Notes under the pieces: model-generated
The model's database searches: none
Seen by the model: the letters and a program-made list of their open reading frames with translations, nothing else
What the model was told of the DNA's origin: nothing
Assembly (NCBI GenBank): GCA_011772495.1
Contig: WVZL01000048.1
Location: forward strand, 24,465-88,464
Reading direction: 5' to 3'
DNA length: 64,000 bases
Source of the DNA: Candidatus Aminicenantes bacterium
GTDB taxonomy: Bacteria; Acidobacteriota; Aminicenantia; Aminicenantales; Aminicenantaceae
Translations under genes and position numbers: made by a program
Shown: one piece after another, positions 38,084 to 48,392 of the stretch
Layout of the letters: every line of letters begins with the position of its first letter
Numbering within the stretch: position 1 is the stretch's first letter

Positions 38084-40456
38084 ATATCCTGCAGCCGCCC
38101 AGATAAGGACAAGATTATAACCACCCCAGAAAGCAATCAACAGGGCCAATACTGAGCTGATAACAGAAGAGAAGGCATTGGTCGCCCATCCCCAGGGAAT
38201 GAGTGTTATTCCTTCGGACTCCAAGATTCGAATTCCGGTGGGAAAGGGGAATCCCATGAAAAAACCAAGGGGGAATATGATCAGAAAGGTCAGGATGATT
38301 TTCAGCATAAATTTGAGACCAAGAAAATTATCGAAGAAAAGAGGGAGGAGAAGCATATAAATAAGGATAAGGCCGCTGCAGAGAATGAGGCCTGTCCTGA
38401 GTTTCTTTTTTAAGTCCTGACTGAAGAGACGTTTAGAGAAATAGCTTCCCAATCCTGAAGAGACAAGAAGAGAGAAAATAATGGCCGAGACAGAATAGAG
38501 AGGGTGTCCTAGGAAAAGGATAAATTTTTGTATCCAGGTTATTTCCACGAACATGTAGGCGGCGCCGATCAAACTGAAATAAGAAAACACCTGGAAAAAT
38601 ATACCCCTTCTCCTTCTGGTATTTGTTTTGAGCACGAGAACAGGTAAAAGTATCAGCAGAAAGGCCACGAACACGGATTGTAAGAGGAGGAGTGGCACCA
38701 GGAAGCTTCCCTGGAGGAGAGGCAGCCACTTTTGACCCAGGGCTTTAAAGGTGGCTTTCAATCTGTCCAGTTTATAAAAATTGAAAAAGAAAGGCCGGTT
38801 GTCTGTGGCTGGCCTGAGTTGGAAGAGGTAATTTGCGTAGAGCTCCTTCCTAGCCGCTGAGTCGAGCAGTTGAACAGTGAGGTCATAATAAATGGGTTTA
38901 TTGAATTTATTATAAATATTGGTTTCCTCTGCTTTTATACCCGGATAATAGACAAGATCAAAAAGGCGTTCCTTGGCGAAGGCCTTTAGCTTGATTATGT
39001 CTTGAGAAGAGAACGGCGCCTTCTTGATGAAATAGCTTATGGTGCCCCAGCTTCTGATAGCTACCAGGTGAGAGGCAGGATCTTTCTGAGCCTTTTCCAG
39101 GGTTTCTATCCAGGTAGCCAACAACCTGATTTCTTTCCGCGGAGGGGGGAGAAGAAAAAGTGTGAGGCTAATTATTCCCTGGGGCGACAGCCTCTCCCAA
39201 AGATGGGAAAAAGATTCAAGAGTATAGAGATAATTTTCTCTGAACCCGTAGACTCCTGTCGATGAAGAACCGAACACATCGACTAAGGAAAAGACGATTA
39301 AATCGTACCTTTCTTTTTCTTGCTTGAGAGCCGCTCTAGTGTTGGCTGAAACAAGATGAATATTCTTCTGCTGGTAGAGCGAGCCGCTGAAGGTAGCGAG
39401 CTCATGGTTAAGAAGCTTGACAATGAGAGGATTGCTCTCGATAACTTTAATTTGGCTGGATTTGAAATGCAGGGCCGCGAGGACATCCAAGCCTCCTTTC
39501 GGCTCGATGATGAGTGCAGAAGGTCTTGGACTCAACACGTAGGCAAGAGAAGAGGGAAGGAAGGATAAAAATTCCAGGGCTGGTTCTTCTTCCTGAAAAC
39601 GGGTGACAGCCGTCAGCTCACCTCCATCCACAGATAGACCCAGCTGGGGCGGAAGCTCATTCCGGTAGAGGAGGCTCAGTCCAGGTGCATACCTCACAGC
39701 AGGGCTTTCGAGAATGTCGACTCGGGATGTAGCATTCCATCTGGTAAAAAGATGTTTGGCCTGGGGATATTCTAGAGACAATGGAAGAGCTTTGAAGGGA
39801 GAGATCCTGAAGTTCAAGCATGAAGGAGAAAAGTAGAAAAGTGCAGCTTCAACCATCAAGAAAATGATGAGACAGAGTCTCAGGAGTGTTGAGGCTCTAA
39901 GGCTCAGAAGGAAGGAAGCGAGCAGAGCCAGTAAGGCGATAAATACAATGACTCCTTTTTCTCCTTTGGGCAAGAAAATGAAAACAGCCAAGATAGAACC
40001 AGTTCCTGCTCCCATCAAATCTGCAAAGTAAATCTTATTAACTTCCTGGGCCAGCTTGGTGATGGCGAAGGATATGGTCAGTCCTGCAAAAAAGAAGGGA
40101 AGGCTGAGGATGAAATAATAAATAAGGATTAAGAATATCTGGTTTTTATCCCAGGAGAGTCTGATGAGGTCGAAGGGGAGGGAATTGCAGAGTAAGAAGC
40201 TGGCAAGAATGAAAAGGGAATAAAGGAAAGAGCTCAAGCAAAGAAAATTTTCCAAGTTTGCTGATTGGAATTTCTTGAAGACGGCTAAGAGCGAACCGCT
40301 GGCGCCGTAACCTAAGAAAGCAATGCTGATGACCAGGAAAGCAAAATGGTAATCTTGGGATATGGAGAAATAGCGGGTAAGGGTGATTTCCAGGCAGAGA
40401 GTAGCAGAGGAGATGAGAAAAATCGCTATCAGAAGACGGATTCTGATTGGTGCCAC
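38027..40456 (-). CDS. Membrane-anchored spermidine-synthase-like SAM-dependent transferase (TM-MTase-TM)
   Basis: N- and C-terminal TM bundles around a Rossmann-like core ([35 protein letters not shown]). Confidence 0.65.
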   Translation of the reverse strand: MAPIRIRLLIAIFLISSATLCLEITLTRYFSISQDYHFAFLVISIAFLGYGASGSLLAVFKKFQSANLENFLCLSSFLYSLFILASFLLCNSLPFDLIRLSWDKNQIFLILIYYFILSLPFFFAGLTISFAITKLAQEVNKIYFADLMGAGTGSILAVFIFLPKGEKGVIVFIALLALLASFLLSLRASTLLRLCLIIFLMVEAALFYFSPSCLNFRISPFKALPLSLEYPQAKHLFTRWNATSRVDILESPAVRYAPGLSLLYRNELPPQLGLSVDGGELTAVTRFQEEEPALEFLSFLPSSLAYVLSPRPSALIIEPKGGLDVLAALHFKSSQIKVIESNPLIVKLLNHELATFSGSLYQQKNIHLVSANTRAALKQEKERYDLIVFSLVDVFGSSSTGVYGFRENYLYTLESFSHLWERLSPQGIISLTLFLLPPPRKEIRLLATWIETLEKAQKDPASHLVAIRSWGTISYFIKKAPFSSQDIIKLKAFAKERLFDLVYYPGIKAEETNIYNKFNKPIYYDLTVQLLDSAARKELYANYLFQLRPATDNRPFFFNFYKLDRLKATFKALGQKWLPLLQGSFLVPLLLLQSVFVAFLLILLPVLVLKTNTRRRRGIFFQVFSYFSLIGAAYMFVEITWIQKFILFLGHPLYSVSAIIFSLLVSSGLGSYFSKRLFSQDLKKKLRTGLILCSGLILIYMLLLPLFFDNFLGLKFMLKIILTFLIIFPLGFFMGFPFPTGIRILESEGITLIPWGWATNAFSSVISSVLALLIAFWGGYNLVLIWAAAGYLLALPLLSFSNHRDKANT

Positions 40457-40555
40457 TCTCCATAAACTAAAGAAGATTCAGAATCCTGTCAATACATCAA
40501 TATCAATGGAGTTGCTTTTCCTTTATTCTTATGATAATTTCTGGAAAAAGAAGAC

Positions 40556-41956
40556 ATGATTAAATTCGGCACTTCGGGGTGGCGGGCGGTAATGGGTGAG
40601 GAGTTTACTTTTCAGAATGTCCGTATCGTCGTTCAAGCCGTTGCCAATCATCTTAAAAGGAAATTCCCCGGTCAGCACATATCCGTCATAATCAATTATG
40701 ACACTCGCTTTTTATCCGAGAGGTTTGCTCTGGAAGCAGCCAAGATCCTCTCCCACAACCAAATTCATGTCTTCATGACCGATAGAGACGCCCCTTCTCA
40801 GGCACAGGCTTACCAATTGATAAAAAGGAAAGCCCAAGGGGGGATTAATTTTACCGGCTCTTTCAATCCCCCCGAATATAACGGCCTTAAGTTCAATACC
40901 GAAACAGGTGCACCCGCTTTACCCACAGTAACGGATGAGATAGAAAAGGAAATTGCTTTTTTGCAAAAAGACTTTGCCTTTTGTCCCTTCTATCCAAAAA
41001 CTGAATTCATAGAAGAGATTGACCTTCAGAAGGCCTATCTTTCTTTTATCCAGAGGAAGATTGATTTTGAGGCTATTCAGAAGTCAAAAATGAAGATAGC
41101 CGTCGACCTGCTTTATGGGACCAGCCGAGAATATCTGGATGAGATTCTCGAAGAGAATCAGATTCCTGTGGAGGAAATTCATGGCTATATCGATCCCTAT
41201 TTTGGCGGCGTTCTGCCCTCCTGCACTGAGGAAAACCTTGGAGAACTCAAGGCCTTGGTCAAGGATAAAAAATGTCACTTGGGCATTGCCACTGACGCTG
41301 ATGGAGATCGTTTCGGAGTCGTGGACGAAGAGGGAAAGTTCATTGTTCAGAACCTGATTCTGGCCTTGCTCCTTGATTATCTGGTATCCAAGAAAAAATG
41401 GAAAGGAGGGGTGGCTCGCTCTGTTGCCACTACCCACTTGATCGACCGAATTGCCAGGAAACATGGGCTTCCTCTTTATAAAACTCCAGTCGGATTCAAG
41501 TATATGGCTGACCTCTTTTTGCGGGGAAAAATCATTTTCGGAGGCGAAGAGAGTGCCTGTTTGGCTGTAAAAAATCATCTTCCAGAAAAGGATGGCATAT
41601 TTGCTGGCCTTTTAGTCGCGGAGATGATAGCCGCTTCCGAGAAAAGCCTTTCCTCTCTGGTCAGGGATCTATTCCAGGAATACGGAAAGAGAGTAGGAGC
41701 ACAGAAAAATATCCCGATTCATGAAAAGAGAGAAAAAAAGTTGAGGAGTTTACTCAAAAATCCTCCCGCACGTTTCGGAGGAAGAGAAGTCAAGAATATC
41801 GAGACTATTGATGGGATTAAGTTCGATTTAGAAGATGACGATTGGATCCTCCTCAGATTCTCAGGGACCGAGCCGATCATTCGCTGTTATGCTGAAGCCG
41901 AGACAAGGAAGGAATTGACGAGCATGATGAAGGTCTGTATGGAAATGCTATGCTGA
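40556..41956 (+). CDS. Phosphoglucomutase/phosphomannomutase family protein
   Basis: IKFGTSGWRA, TGSFNPPEYNGLK, ATDADGDRFG, GGEES, LRFSGTEPIIRCYAEA. Confidence 0.9.
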   Translation: MIKFGTSGWRAVMGEEFTFQNVRIVVQAVANHLKRKFPGQHISVIINYDTRFLSERFALEAAKILSHNQIHVFMTDRDAPSQAQAYQLIKRKAQGGINFTGSFNPPEYNGLKFNTETGAPALPTVTDEIEKEIAFLQKDFAFCPFYPKTEFIEEIDLQKAYLSFIQRKIDFEAIQKSKMKIAVDLLYGTSREYLDEILEENQIPVEEIHGYIDPYFGGVLPSCTEENLGELKALVKDKKCHLGIATDADGDRFGVVDEEGKFIVQNLILALLLDYLVSKKKWKGGVARSVATTHLIDRIARKHGLPLYKTPVGFKYMADLFLRGKIIFGGEESACLAVKNHLPEKDGIFAGLLVAEMIAASEKSLSSLVRDLFQEYGKRVGAQKNIPIHEKREKKLRSLLKNPPARFGGREVKNIETIDGIKFDLEDDDWILLRFSGTEPIIRCYAEAETRKELTSMMKVCMEMLC

Positions 41957-42264
41957 TGAGGAAAAAGGAAGAAAGAAATAAGTCGCTCCGAAAAAAGCTT
42001 TTAGTCGCAGGTTTGGCTTTCATCTTTTTTGTTCTACTCTTAACCTCGTTTTTTGGTCAAAAAGGCCTTCTAGAGATAAGCCGGGTTAAGAAGAGGCAAG
42101 AAGCCTTAATCCAGGAAATAAGGGAGCTGGAGAAAGAGAAGTCCAGGCTGGAAAAGGAAATAGAGGAGCTGAAGAGAAAACCTGAGGCTGTCGATAAAGA
42201 AGCTAGAGAAAAGCTTTGGCTCATAAAGCCAGATGAAATCGTTATCATAAAAGAAAAAAAATAA
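41950..42264 (+). CDS. ftsB: Septum formation initiator (FtsB/DivIC family)
   Basis: TM followed by coiled coil; AREKLWLIKPDEIV matches the ARxxLGxxKPxE pattern. Confidence 0.8.
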   Translation: MLMRKKEERNKSLRKKLLVAGLAFIFFVLLLTSFFGQKGLLEISRVKKRQEALIQEIRELEKEKSRLEKEIEELKRKPEAVDKEAREKLWLIKPDEIVIIKEKK

Positions 42265-42288
42265 AGCGATCCTCACATCAATCTTGTT

Positions 42289-45237
42289 ATGTCTCGTTCG
42301 TTTCCCGTCGAAAAAATCGATGACCTGCTGGAAGGTCTGAATCCTGAGCAGATCGAGGCTGTGACCCATCAAAAAGGCCCTCTTCTCATAATAGCTGGAG
42401 CCGGGACCGGAAAGACAAAAGTCATCACCCACCGCATTGCCTATCTTATTGCTTCTAAATCAGCCAAGCCTGAAGAAATTCTGGCCGTCACTTTTACCGA
42501 AAAAGCGGCCAATGAGATGGAAGAAAGGGTTGATCTTTTAATTCCTTACAGCTATTCCTTTGTCGAGATCAGCACCTTCAATTCCTTCGGAGAGAGAGTG
42601 CTCAGGAACTATGGACTGGAGCTTGGATTTCCACCAGACTTCAAGCTGTTGGATGAGGTCGAGCAAGCGATCTTCTTCAGAGAGCACCTATTTCGTTTTC
42701 CCCTTAAGCACTTCCGCCCCTTGAGTTCTCCCACCAAGCACATCCAGGAGCTTTTGAGCACCATCAAAAGGTTAAAACAAGAAGACATCAAACCTGACGA
42801 GTACTTGAAGTATGCCAAGGAACTCGATCGCAAGGCTTCCGGTAAAGCAGAAAAGGAAAATGCCCGAAAACACTCAGAAGTGGCTCAAGTTTACCAGAAA
42901 TATCAAGATCTGCTCCAAGACCAGGGAATGATTGATTTTGAGGACCAGATATTGCTAGTGGTCGAGCTTTTCAGGAAGAGGCCGTCTGTACTCCACGAGT
43001 TTCAAAACAGATACAAGTATATCCTGGTCGACGAATTCCAGGATACAAACTATATCCAATTCGAGCTGCTTAAGCTCTTAGCTGCTCAGAGCAAAAACTT
43101 GACCGTAGTCGGAGATGATGACCAGAGCATTTTTCGCTTCCGGGGAGCCTCTTTAAGCAACATCCTCAACTTCAAGGAATTCTACCCTCGGGCCAAAAAA
43201 ATTGTATTGACCAGAAATTACCGCTCCACGCAATCCATCCTTGATTCTGCCTACCAGTTGATCAAGCAGAACAACCCCAATCGTCTGGAGTTCAAAGAAG
43301 AAGTGGACAAGACTCTGGAAGCGACGGTCAAGAGTGAGGGAAAAAGTATCCATCTGCTCCAGTTTGATTCCCATTCCCACGAAGCTGATAAGGTGGCTGA
43401 GATTATCCTGGAGAAAATAAAGGAAGGATATAAGTACAGGGACATAGCCATTCTCGTCCGGAGGAACGCAGATGCCGACCCCTTCCTGCGGACACTGAAT
43501 ATGAAGGAGATACCTTTCCGGTTCTCGGGAAGCCGGGGCCTGTATTCTCAAGAAGAGGTGAAGATCCTCATTTCTTTTATAAAGGCGTTGACTGACTTTG
43601 AAGACAGCAAGAGCCTCTTTTATCTGGCCATTTCCGAGATATACAGAGTCGATCCTTATGACTTGGCTGTTGTTTCCAACCAGGCCCATAAAAAGAACCT
43701 TCCTTTGCACAGAGTTTTCAAACTCATCGCTGAAGGAAAGAGCGCTTTAGGCATTTCTGCTGAAACAGAGGTCAAGATCAAAAAGATCTTCCAGGATTTG
43801 CTCAACTTTGTTCAGCTCGCAAGTTCCCAGGATGCGGGCCGTCTGCTCTATGCTTTTCTGGAGAAAACAGGTTATTTAAAATCCCTGGTGGAAGCAGCCA
43901 ATCTTCAAGCCGAATTGAAGATCAAGAATATTCGCCTCTTCTTCGAGAAAGTCAAGAATTTTTCCGATTTGACCGAGGACGACTCTGTGTTTTCCTTTGT
44001 TCGACATCTGGACCTCCTTCAGCAGGTAGGAGATAATCCCTCCACTGCAGAGGCCGAACTGGAGGAGGATGCGGTCAGCGTACTGACAGTCCACAAGGCC
44101 AAGGGGCTTGAGTTTCCGGTGGTCTTTTTGGTCAGTCTGATCGCTGACCGTTTTCCCGGACGAGAGCGAAGAGAGAAAATTCCTATTCCTGACAAGATTC
44201 TAAAAGACAAAATCCCCAAGGGAAAAGATTATGGTTATGAGAAGCAAGAGAATATTTACCTTCAAGAAGAAAGAAGGCTTTTCTACGTGGGGATGACGAG
44301 GGCCAAGAAGTTTCTCTATTTATCTTGGGCCAGGGATTATGGACTCAAGAGGCTAAAAAAAGTCAGCCCTTTTGTCCTGGAAGCCTTGGACCTGGCCAAA
44401 GTTCCTGAGGATGTTCTCAGCTCTACGGCTTTGGAAGATATTAAAAGATATGCGCCCCGGGAATCTCAGCCCAGAGTTTTATCTAAAGTCGAAGAGAAGG
44501 CCTATTTGACTTTGAGTTTTTTCCAAGTGGATGATTATCTCACCTGTCCCCTCAAGTACAAGTACAGGCATATCCTCAGGATTCCTGTTCTTCCCCATCA
44601 CAATCTTGTCTTTGGCCGCGTCATGCACAATGCTGTTTATTATTATTTAAAGAAAAAGGTAGCCGGAGATAAGATGACCGAAGAAGAGCTCCTCCGGGAG
44701 TACGAAAATCTCTGGGTGAACGAAGGCTTTCTCAGCCGAGAGCACGAGGAGATGAGGAAGAAAGCCGGGGAGAAAGCACTTCGTCTCTTTTTTCGCCGGG
44801 AAGAAGAATCGAAACATTTTCCGCAGTTTCTGGAGAAAAGTTTTAAATGGCAGTCAGATTCGATAAAATTCATCGGCCGCTGGGACAGGATTGATCTCCG
44901 CAAAGAGGGAGCCGTGCTCATTGATTTTAAGGCCACTGAAGTCAAGGACAAAAAAGAGGCTGACCGGAAAGCCAAGAATAGTCTGCAGATGGATTTGTAT
45001 GCCCTTTCTTTCACCAAAACCCAGAAAGAGGTGCTGGCTGAGACCCAGCTTCATTTTTTGGAATCGGATATCATCGGCCGAGCCCAGAAGGGAGAAAAGG
45101 AGCTCCAGAGGGCCATGGATAAGATTAAGGAAGCTGAACAAGGAATACGCTCCCGCGATTTTAAAGCCAAACCAGATTGGCACAACTGCAGCCATTGTGA
45201 GTTCAAGACCATCTGCCCCTCTTCCTATGCTTATTAA
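42289..45237 (+). CDS. UvrD/PcrA-type SF1 helicase fused to C-terminal PD-(D/E)XK nuclease
   Basis: AGAGTGKT, VDEFQD, VGDDDQSIFRFRGA, EERRLFYVGMTRAK; C-terminal GRWDRID..LIDFK, QMDLY, CSHCEFKTIC. Confidence 0.9.
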   Translation: MSRSFPVEKIDDLLEGLNPEQIEAVTHQKGPLLIIAGAGTGKTKVITHRIAYLIASKSAKPEEILAVTFTEKAANEMEERVDLLIPYSYSFVEISTFNSFGERVLRNYGLELGFPPDFKLLDEVEQAIFFREHLFRFPLKHFRPLSSPTKHIQELLSTIKRLKQEDIKPDEYLKYAKELDRKASGKAEKENARKHSEVAQVYQKYQDLLQDQGMIDFEDQILLVVELFRKRPSVLHEFQNRYKYILVDEFQDTNYIQFELLKLLAAQSKNLTVVGDDDQSIFRFRGASLSNILNFKEFYPRAKKIVLTRNYRSTQSILDSAYQLIKQNNPNRLEFKEEVDKTLEATVKSEGKSIHLLQFDSHSHEADKVAEIILEKIKEGYKYRDIAILVRRNADADPFLRTLNMKEIPFRFSGSRGLYSQEEVKILISFIKALTDFEDSKSLFYLAISEIYRVDPYDLAVVSNQAHKKNLPLHRVFKLIAEGKSALGISAETEVKIKKIFQDLLNFVQLASSQDAGRLLYAFLEKTGYLKSLVEAANLQAELKIKNIRLFFEKVKNFSDLTEDDSVFSFVRHLDLLQQVGDNPSTAEAELEEDAVSVLTVHKAKGLEFPVVFLVSLIADRFPGRERREKIPIPDKILKDKIPKGKDYGYEKQENIYLQEERRLFYVGMTRAKKFLYLSWARDYGLKRLKKVSPFVLEALDLAKVPEDVLSSTALEDIKRYAPRESQPRVLSKVEEKAYLTLSFFQVDDYLTCPLKYKYRHILRIPVLPHHNLVFGRVMHNAVYYYLKKKVAGDKMTEEELLREYENLWVNEGFLSREHEEMRKKAGEKALRLFFRREEESKHFPQFLEKSFKWQSDSIKFIGRWDRIDLRKEGAVLIDFKATEVKDKKEADRKAKNSLQMDLYALSFTKTQKEVLAETQLHFLESDIIGRAQKGEKELQRAMDKIKEAEQGIRSRDFKAKPDWHNCSHCEFKTICPSSYAY

Positions 45238-45317
45238 AAGCTAAACCTTTTATTCAAGCTTAAATTGTCTACTAGAACCTTGAATTCCTTTCCCCGCTCA
45301 GAAATCCTGAATAGTCC

Positions 45318-45345
45318 AAAAATCACCCTAAAAATCACCCCTAAA
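45318..45345. repeat. Two tandem half-sites AAAATCACCC(C)TAAA of the TTAGGGGTGA family
   Basis: aaaaatcaccctaaaaatcacccctaaa. Confidence 0.5.
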
Positions 45346-45559
45346 GAGTATTGTGTGGATTTAAGAGAGCTCATATTATAATTGAGGCCTGTTGAACTTG
45401 GCGCGCTGATCAGTTATTGACCTCGCAGACAAAGACTTGATTGCTCTAGCTAGGTTTTTTATCGATAAAATCGAGTAAATATATAAGATTAGTAAACTCA
45501 TTAGAAACAACGCAGTAACCTTTTAAAAGTGAAATAAGGCCACGAAAATTAGAAATAAA

Positions 45560-47440
45560 ATGAGATCATTCGCTGTCATTTTAGGGCTGATTCTCCTGGC
45601 TTCGTTTATCTGGACATCGTCCCTCTTTGCTACCGTCCAGGTTGACGCTTGGGATAGTGATTCAACGAGTGGTGGTTCCAGCATCACCATACCACTCACA
45701 GTATCCGGCTATAATCGCCTGATGCTGGTGGGCGTCTCAATCAACAATGACAACGACGAGTACGTCCAGTCAGTAACATGGAAAGGCACCGAAACCCTGA
45801 CCTTAGATAGCAGGTGGGTGAAAAACGTGGATGATGCTAGGGTAGAGATTTGGAAGCTTGTCGGTCCTTCTACTGGGTCGGGTAATGTCGTTGTAGCCTT
45901 TAACACAACATTACTACAAGAAGCAGTTGCTGGCGTCATGACGTTTAAAGGAGTAGACCAGTCCTCACCGCTGGGGAATTTTGCTTCGGCTATCGGTAAC
46001 GATTCAACTCCGGCCACCGTCGATGTTGAGTCGGCAGCTGGTGAACTCGTTTTCGGGGTTGTCAGTAGCGAGTACGAAGACGTTACCCCGGATCCCAGTC
46101 AAACCGAATACTGGAATCTAACCAATGGCGGGACGAGGGGCGCAGGAAGCACCGAGACAAGCACAGGTACTACGGTCACCATGTCGTGGTCGCTTCTGGG
46201 AACCAGCAACCATTGGGCGATTGGTGGTGTTTCGATCAGACCATCCGGGGGAGAATTAGATGTTTGGGTGACCCAGGGCGATGATGACTTGGAAGAGTGG
46301 AAGAGTAATAATAATGTGGATTGGGGTAGCTCCGATTTGGAACTCCCGAATGAAGCTGGAACGAATGCCCAATGGATAGGAATGCGTTTCCAGAATATTA
46401 CTGTTCCTCAGGGCTCTAACATCGCCAATGCCTACATTCAGTTTACGGCGGATGTGTCCAATTCGGAGGCTACAAGTATTACGATTTATGGTCAAGACAT
46501 AGATACTGCGCCTGCCTTTCAAAATGCTCAATATAGCGTATCTGGCCGGGACAGAACATCTACGACGGTGAGCTGGTCGCCCAATGCATGGACTGGGGGC
46601 GACCGGGGTGTGGACCAGAGAACCTCGGATATTTCTTCGATTATTGAAGCGGTCGTGGGAAGAGTAGATTGGGTAAGCGGTAATGATCTGGTCATTATTA
46701 TGGATGGTACGACGGGCGAGAGAGAAGCGGAATCGTATGAAGGCGCTAATGCCCATGGGCAACTGACATGGGCTCCTATGCTTCACCTGGAATATGACCC
46801 AACCCTGATCGAGCTTTCCTCATTTACAGCCACGCCCCTAAACTCTGCTGTTCTCTTAGAGTGGGAGACAGAGACTGAGCTTGATAATGAAGGATTTAAC
46901 CTCTTAAGGAGCGAGGAGGAGTACGGGCAATATGTTAAGATAAATCGCAACTATATGCCCTCAAAAGGGGAGGCTGGCTTTGGAGCAGAATACAGCTACA
47001 CTGACTATGACGTGGAGAATGGAGTGACCTATTTTTATCTCCTTGAAGATATAGACATCTACGGAAAGAGCACCCTGCACGGTCCGGTCTCTGCCACCCC
47101 CAATGATATCGTGCTTATCTGGCCCATAGAGTGGGAGCCTGTGCCTGCAGGATCTTCACTCTTCATGTGGTCCAGCTCTGGCAATTTCTCCTTCAAGGTC
47201 GAGGTATCTACGAGTGCTTCTTTTCCCGCTTCAGGGACTTTAACTTTTCCAGTGCACGGATGGACATCTGACCTCTCTTTTTGGCTCCGGCCTGAGGAGT
47301 GGGAGCTGATTCTCAGGAAAGCCCAGGAATCAGGAGGTCACTTTTTCTGGAGAGTCTTGGCTAAGGGAGAAAACGAGGAAGTGGTTTTCAGCGATTGGGG
47401 AAAATTTTTTATTGATAAGCCTCTGTTCCCTGAAGAATGA
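45560..47440 (+). CDS. Secreted modular beta-rich surface protein of unknown function
   Basis: Signal peptide; Ser/Thr/Gly-rich beta domains; IELSSFTA..VLLEWETETELDNEGFNLLRS Fn3/Ig-like module; C-terminal Trp-rich domain. Confidence 0.65.
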   Translation: MRSFAVILGLILLASFIWTSSLFATVQVDAWDSDSTSGGSSITIPLTVSGYNRLMLVGVSINNDNDEYVQSVTWKGTETLTLDSRWVKNVDDARVEIWKLVGPSTGSGNVVVAFNTTLLQEAVAGVMTFKGVDQSSPLGNFASAIGNDSTPATVDVESAAGELVFGVVSSEYEDVTPDPSQTEYWNLTNGGTRGAGSTETSTGTTVTMSWSLLGTSNHWAIGGVSIRPSGGELDVWVTQGDDDLEEWKSNNNVDWGSSDLELPNEAGTNAQWIGMRFQNITVPQGSNIANAYIQFTADVSNSEATSITIYGQDIDTAPAFQNAQYSVSGRDRTSTTVSWSPNAWTGGDRGVDQRTSDISSIIEAVVGRVDWVSGNDLVIIMDGTTGEREAESYEGANAHGQLTWAPMLHLEYDPTLIELSSFTATPLNSAVLLEWETETELDNEGFNLLRSEEEYGQYVKINRNYMPSKGEAGFGAEYSYTDYDVENGVTYFYLLEDIDIYGKSTLHGPVSATPNDIVLIWPIEWEPVPAGSSLFMWSSSGNFSFKVEVSTSASFPASGTLTFPVHGWTSDLSFWLRPEEWELILRKAQESGGHFFWRVLAKGENEEVVFSDWGKFFIDKPLFPEE

Positions 47441-47461
47441 AAAAAATAATTTCTTAGGCGG

Positions 47462-48391
47462 TTATTTCTGAATCTTCAGGTGCTCCAGGGAACCGTACAG
47501 TTTCTTGAGCAGCCTGAATTCTTCTTCATCGTAGAAAGAACATTTTCCTTTGCCGAAGGCCTTGGCCACTTCAAGGCAGAACCTGACCGCCATCTCGATA
47601 TCCAAGCAATGGTTGGCGCCGGTGGCACAGCCTGGAACAGCTGTTTCAGTGGTGATCGCCACTCCCACGACCGGAGAATGAGTTGCTGTGGCCGGCTGCA
47701 TGATGCTGTTCAAGTGGTAGATCTTCTTTCCGTAAGGGATGATATCCTGGGTCGTTACAGCAAAGACTGCCGGAAGCCGTCCGGTCACGATTTGCATGAT
47801 ATCCAACAGGTCTTCGCTGACGCGGAGGATATAGCCGTCTTTGACGGTAGGCGAGATGGCAAAACCTTTGTGATTGATGATCCTGTTTCCTTTGGTGGTG
47901 TCAACCGAGAGAATCGCATCCATGGCTGGATCCACTTCTTCCTGATTCATGATTTCCATCGAAACCGGTGAGCCCATGAAGGAAACAGGCTCATGGGGAA
48001 TGATCGGAGAGGCAGGAGAGATGTGGGTAGAAATGATGATATCCCCTGGCAGGATATCTCCGTTGCGTCTCATATCGGCCAGCTTGGAGGCCCCAGCCAG
48101 GGCAGTGAGAGCTCCGTCGGCATCCGAAACCAAGCCTGTAGTATGAGGGTGGGCGCCGATCCCGCCCAGTCGTCCGATAATCCCCAGAGTGGGAGTTTTG
48201 CCAGCTCTTCTTCCTTGGCCCTTTAACTTGATTTTAATGAATTCAGTGAACCCTTTCTCTTCTTCAACTCTTTTGGTTTTCACCTCCTGATCTTTCAGAC
48301 CGCAGCTCAAGAGAAAGTCCTTGACCGAGGAGGCGGTGACTTTGGAGTTGTCGAGAAGGTCGTAGATTTCCGTAACTTGTTTCCAAGGCAT
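47462..48391 (-). CDS. DUF1177-family protein
   Basis: LGIIGRLGGIGAHP, VSDADGA, ILSVDTTKGNRIINHKGFAISPTVKDGYIL, HLNSIMQP. Confidence 0.8.
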   Translation of the reverse strand: MPWKQVTEIYDLLDNSKVTASSVKDFLLSCGLKDQEVKTKRVEEEKGFTEFIKIKLKGQGRRAGKTPTLGIIGRLGGIGAHPHTTGLVSDADGALTALAGASKLADMRRNGDILPGDIIISTHISPASPIIPHEPVSFMGSPVSMEIMNQEEVDPAMDAILSVDTTKGNRIINHKGFAISPTVKDGYILRVSEDLLDIMQIVTGRLPAVFAVTTQDIIPYGKKIYHLNSIMQPATATHSPVVGVAITTETAVPGCATGANHCLDIEMAVRFCLEVAKAFGKGKCSFYDEEEFRLLKKLYGSLEHLKIQK

Positions 48392-48392
48392 T

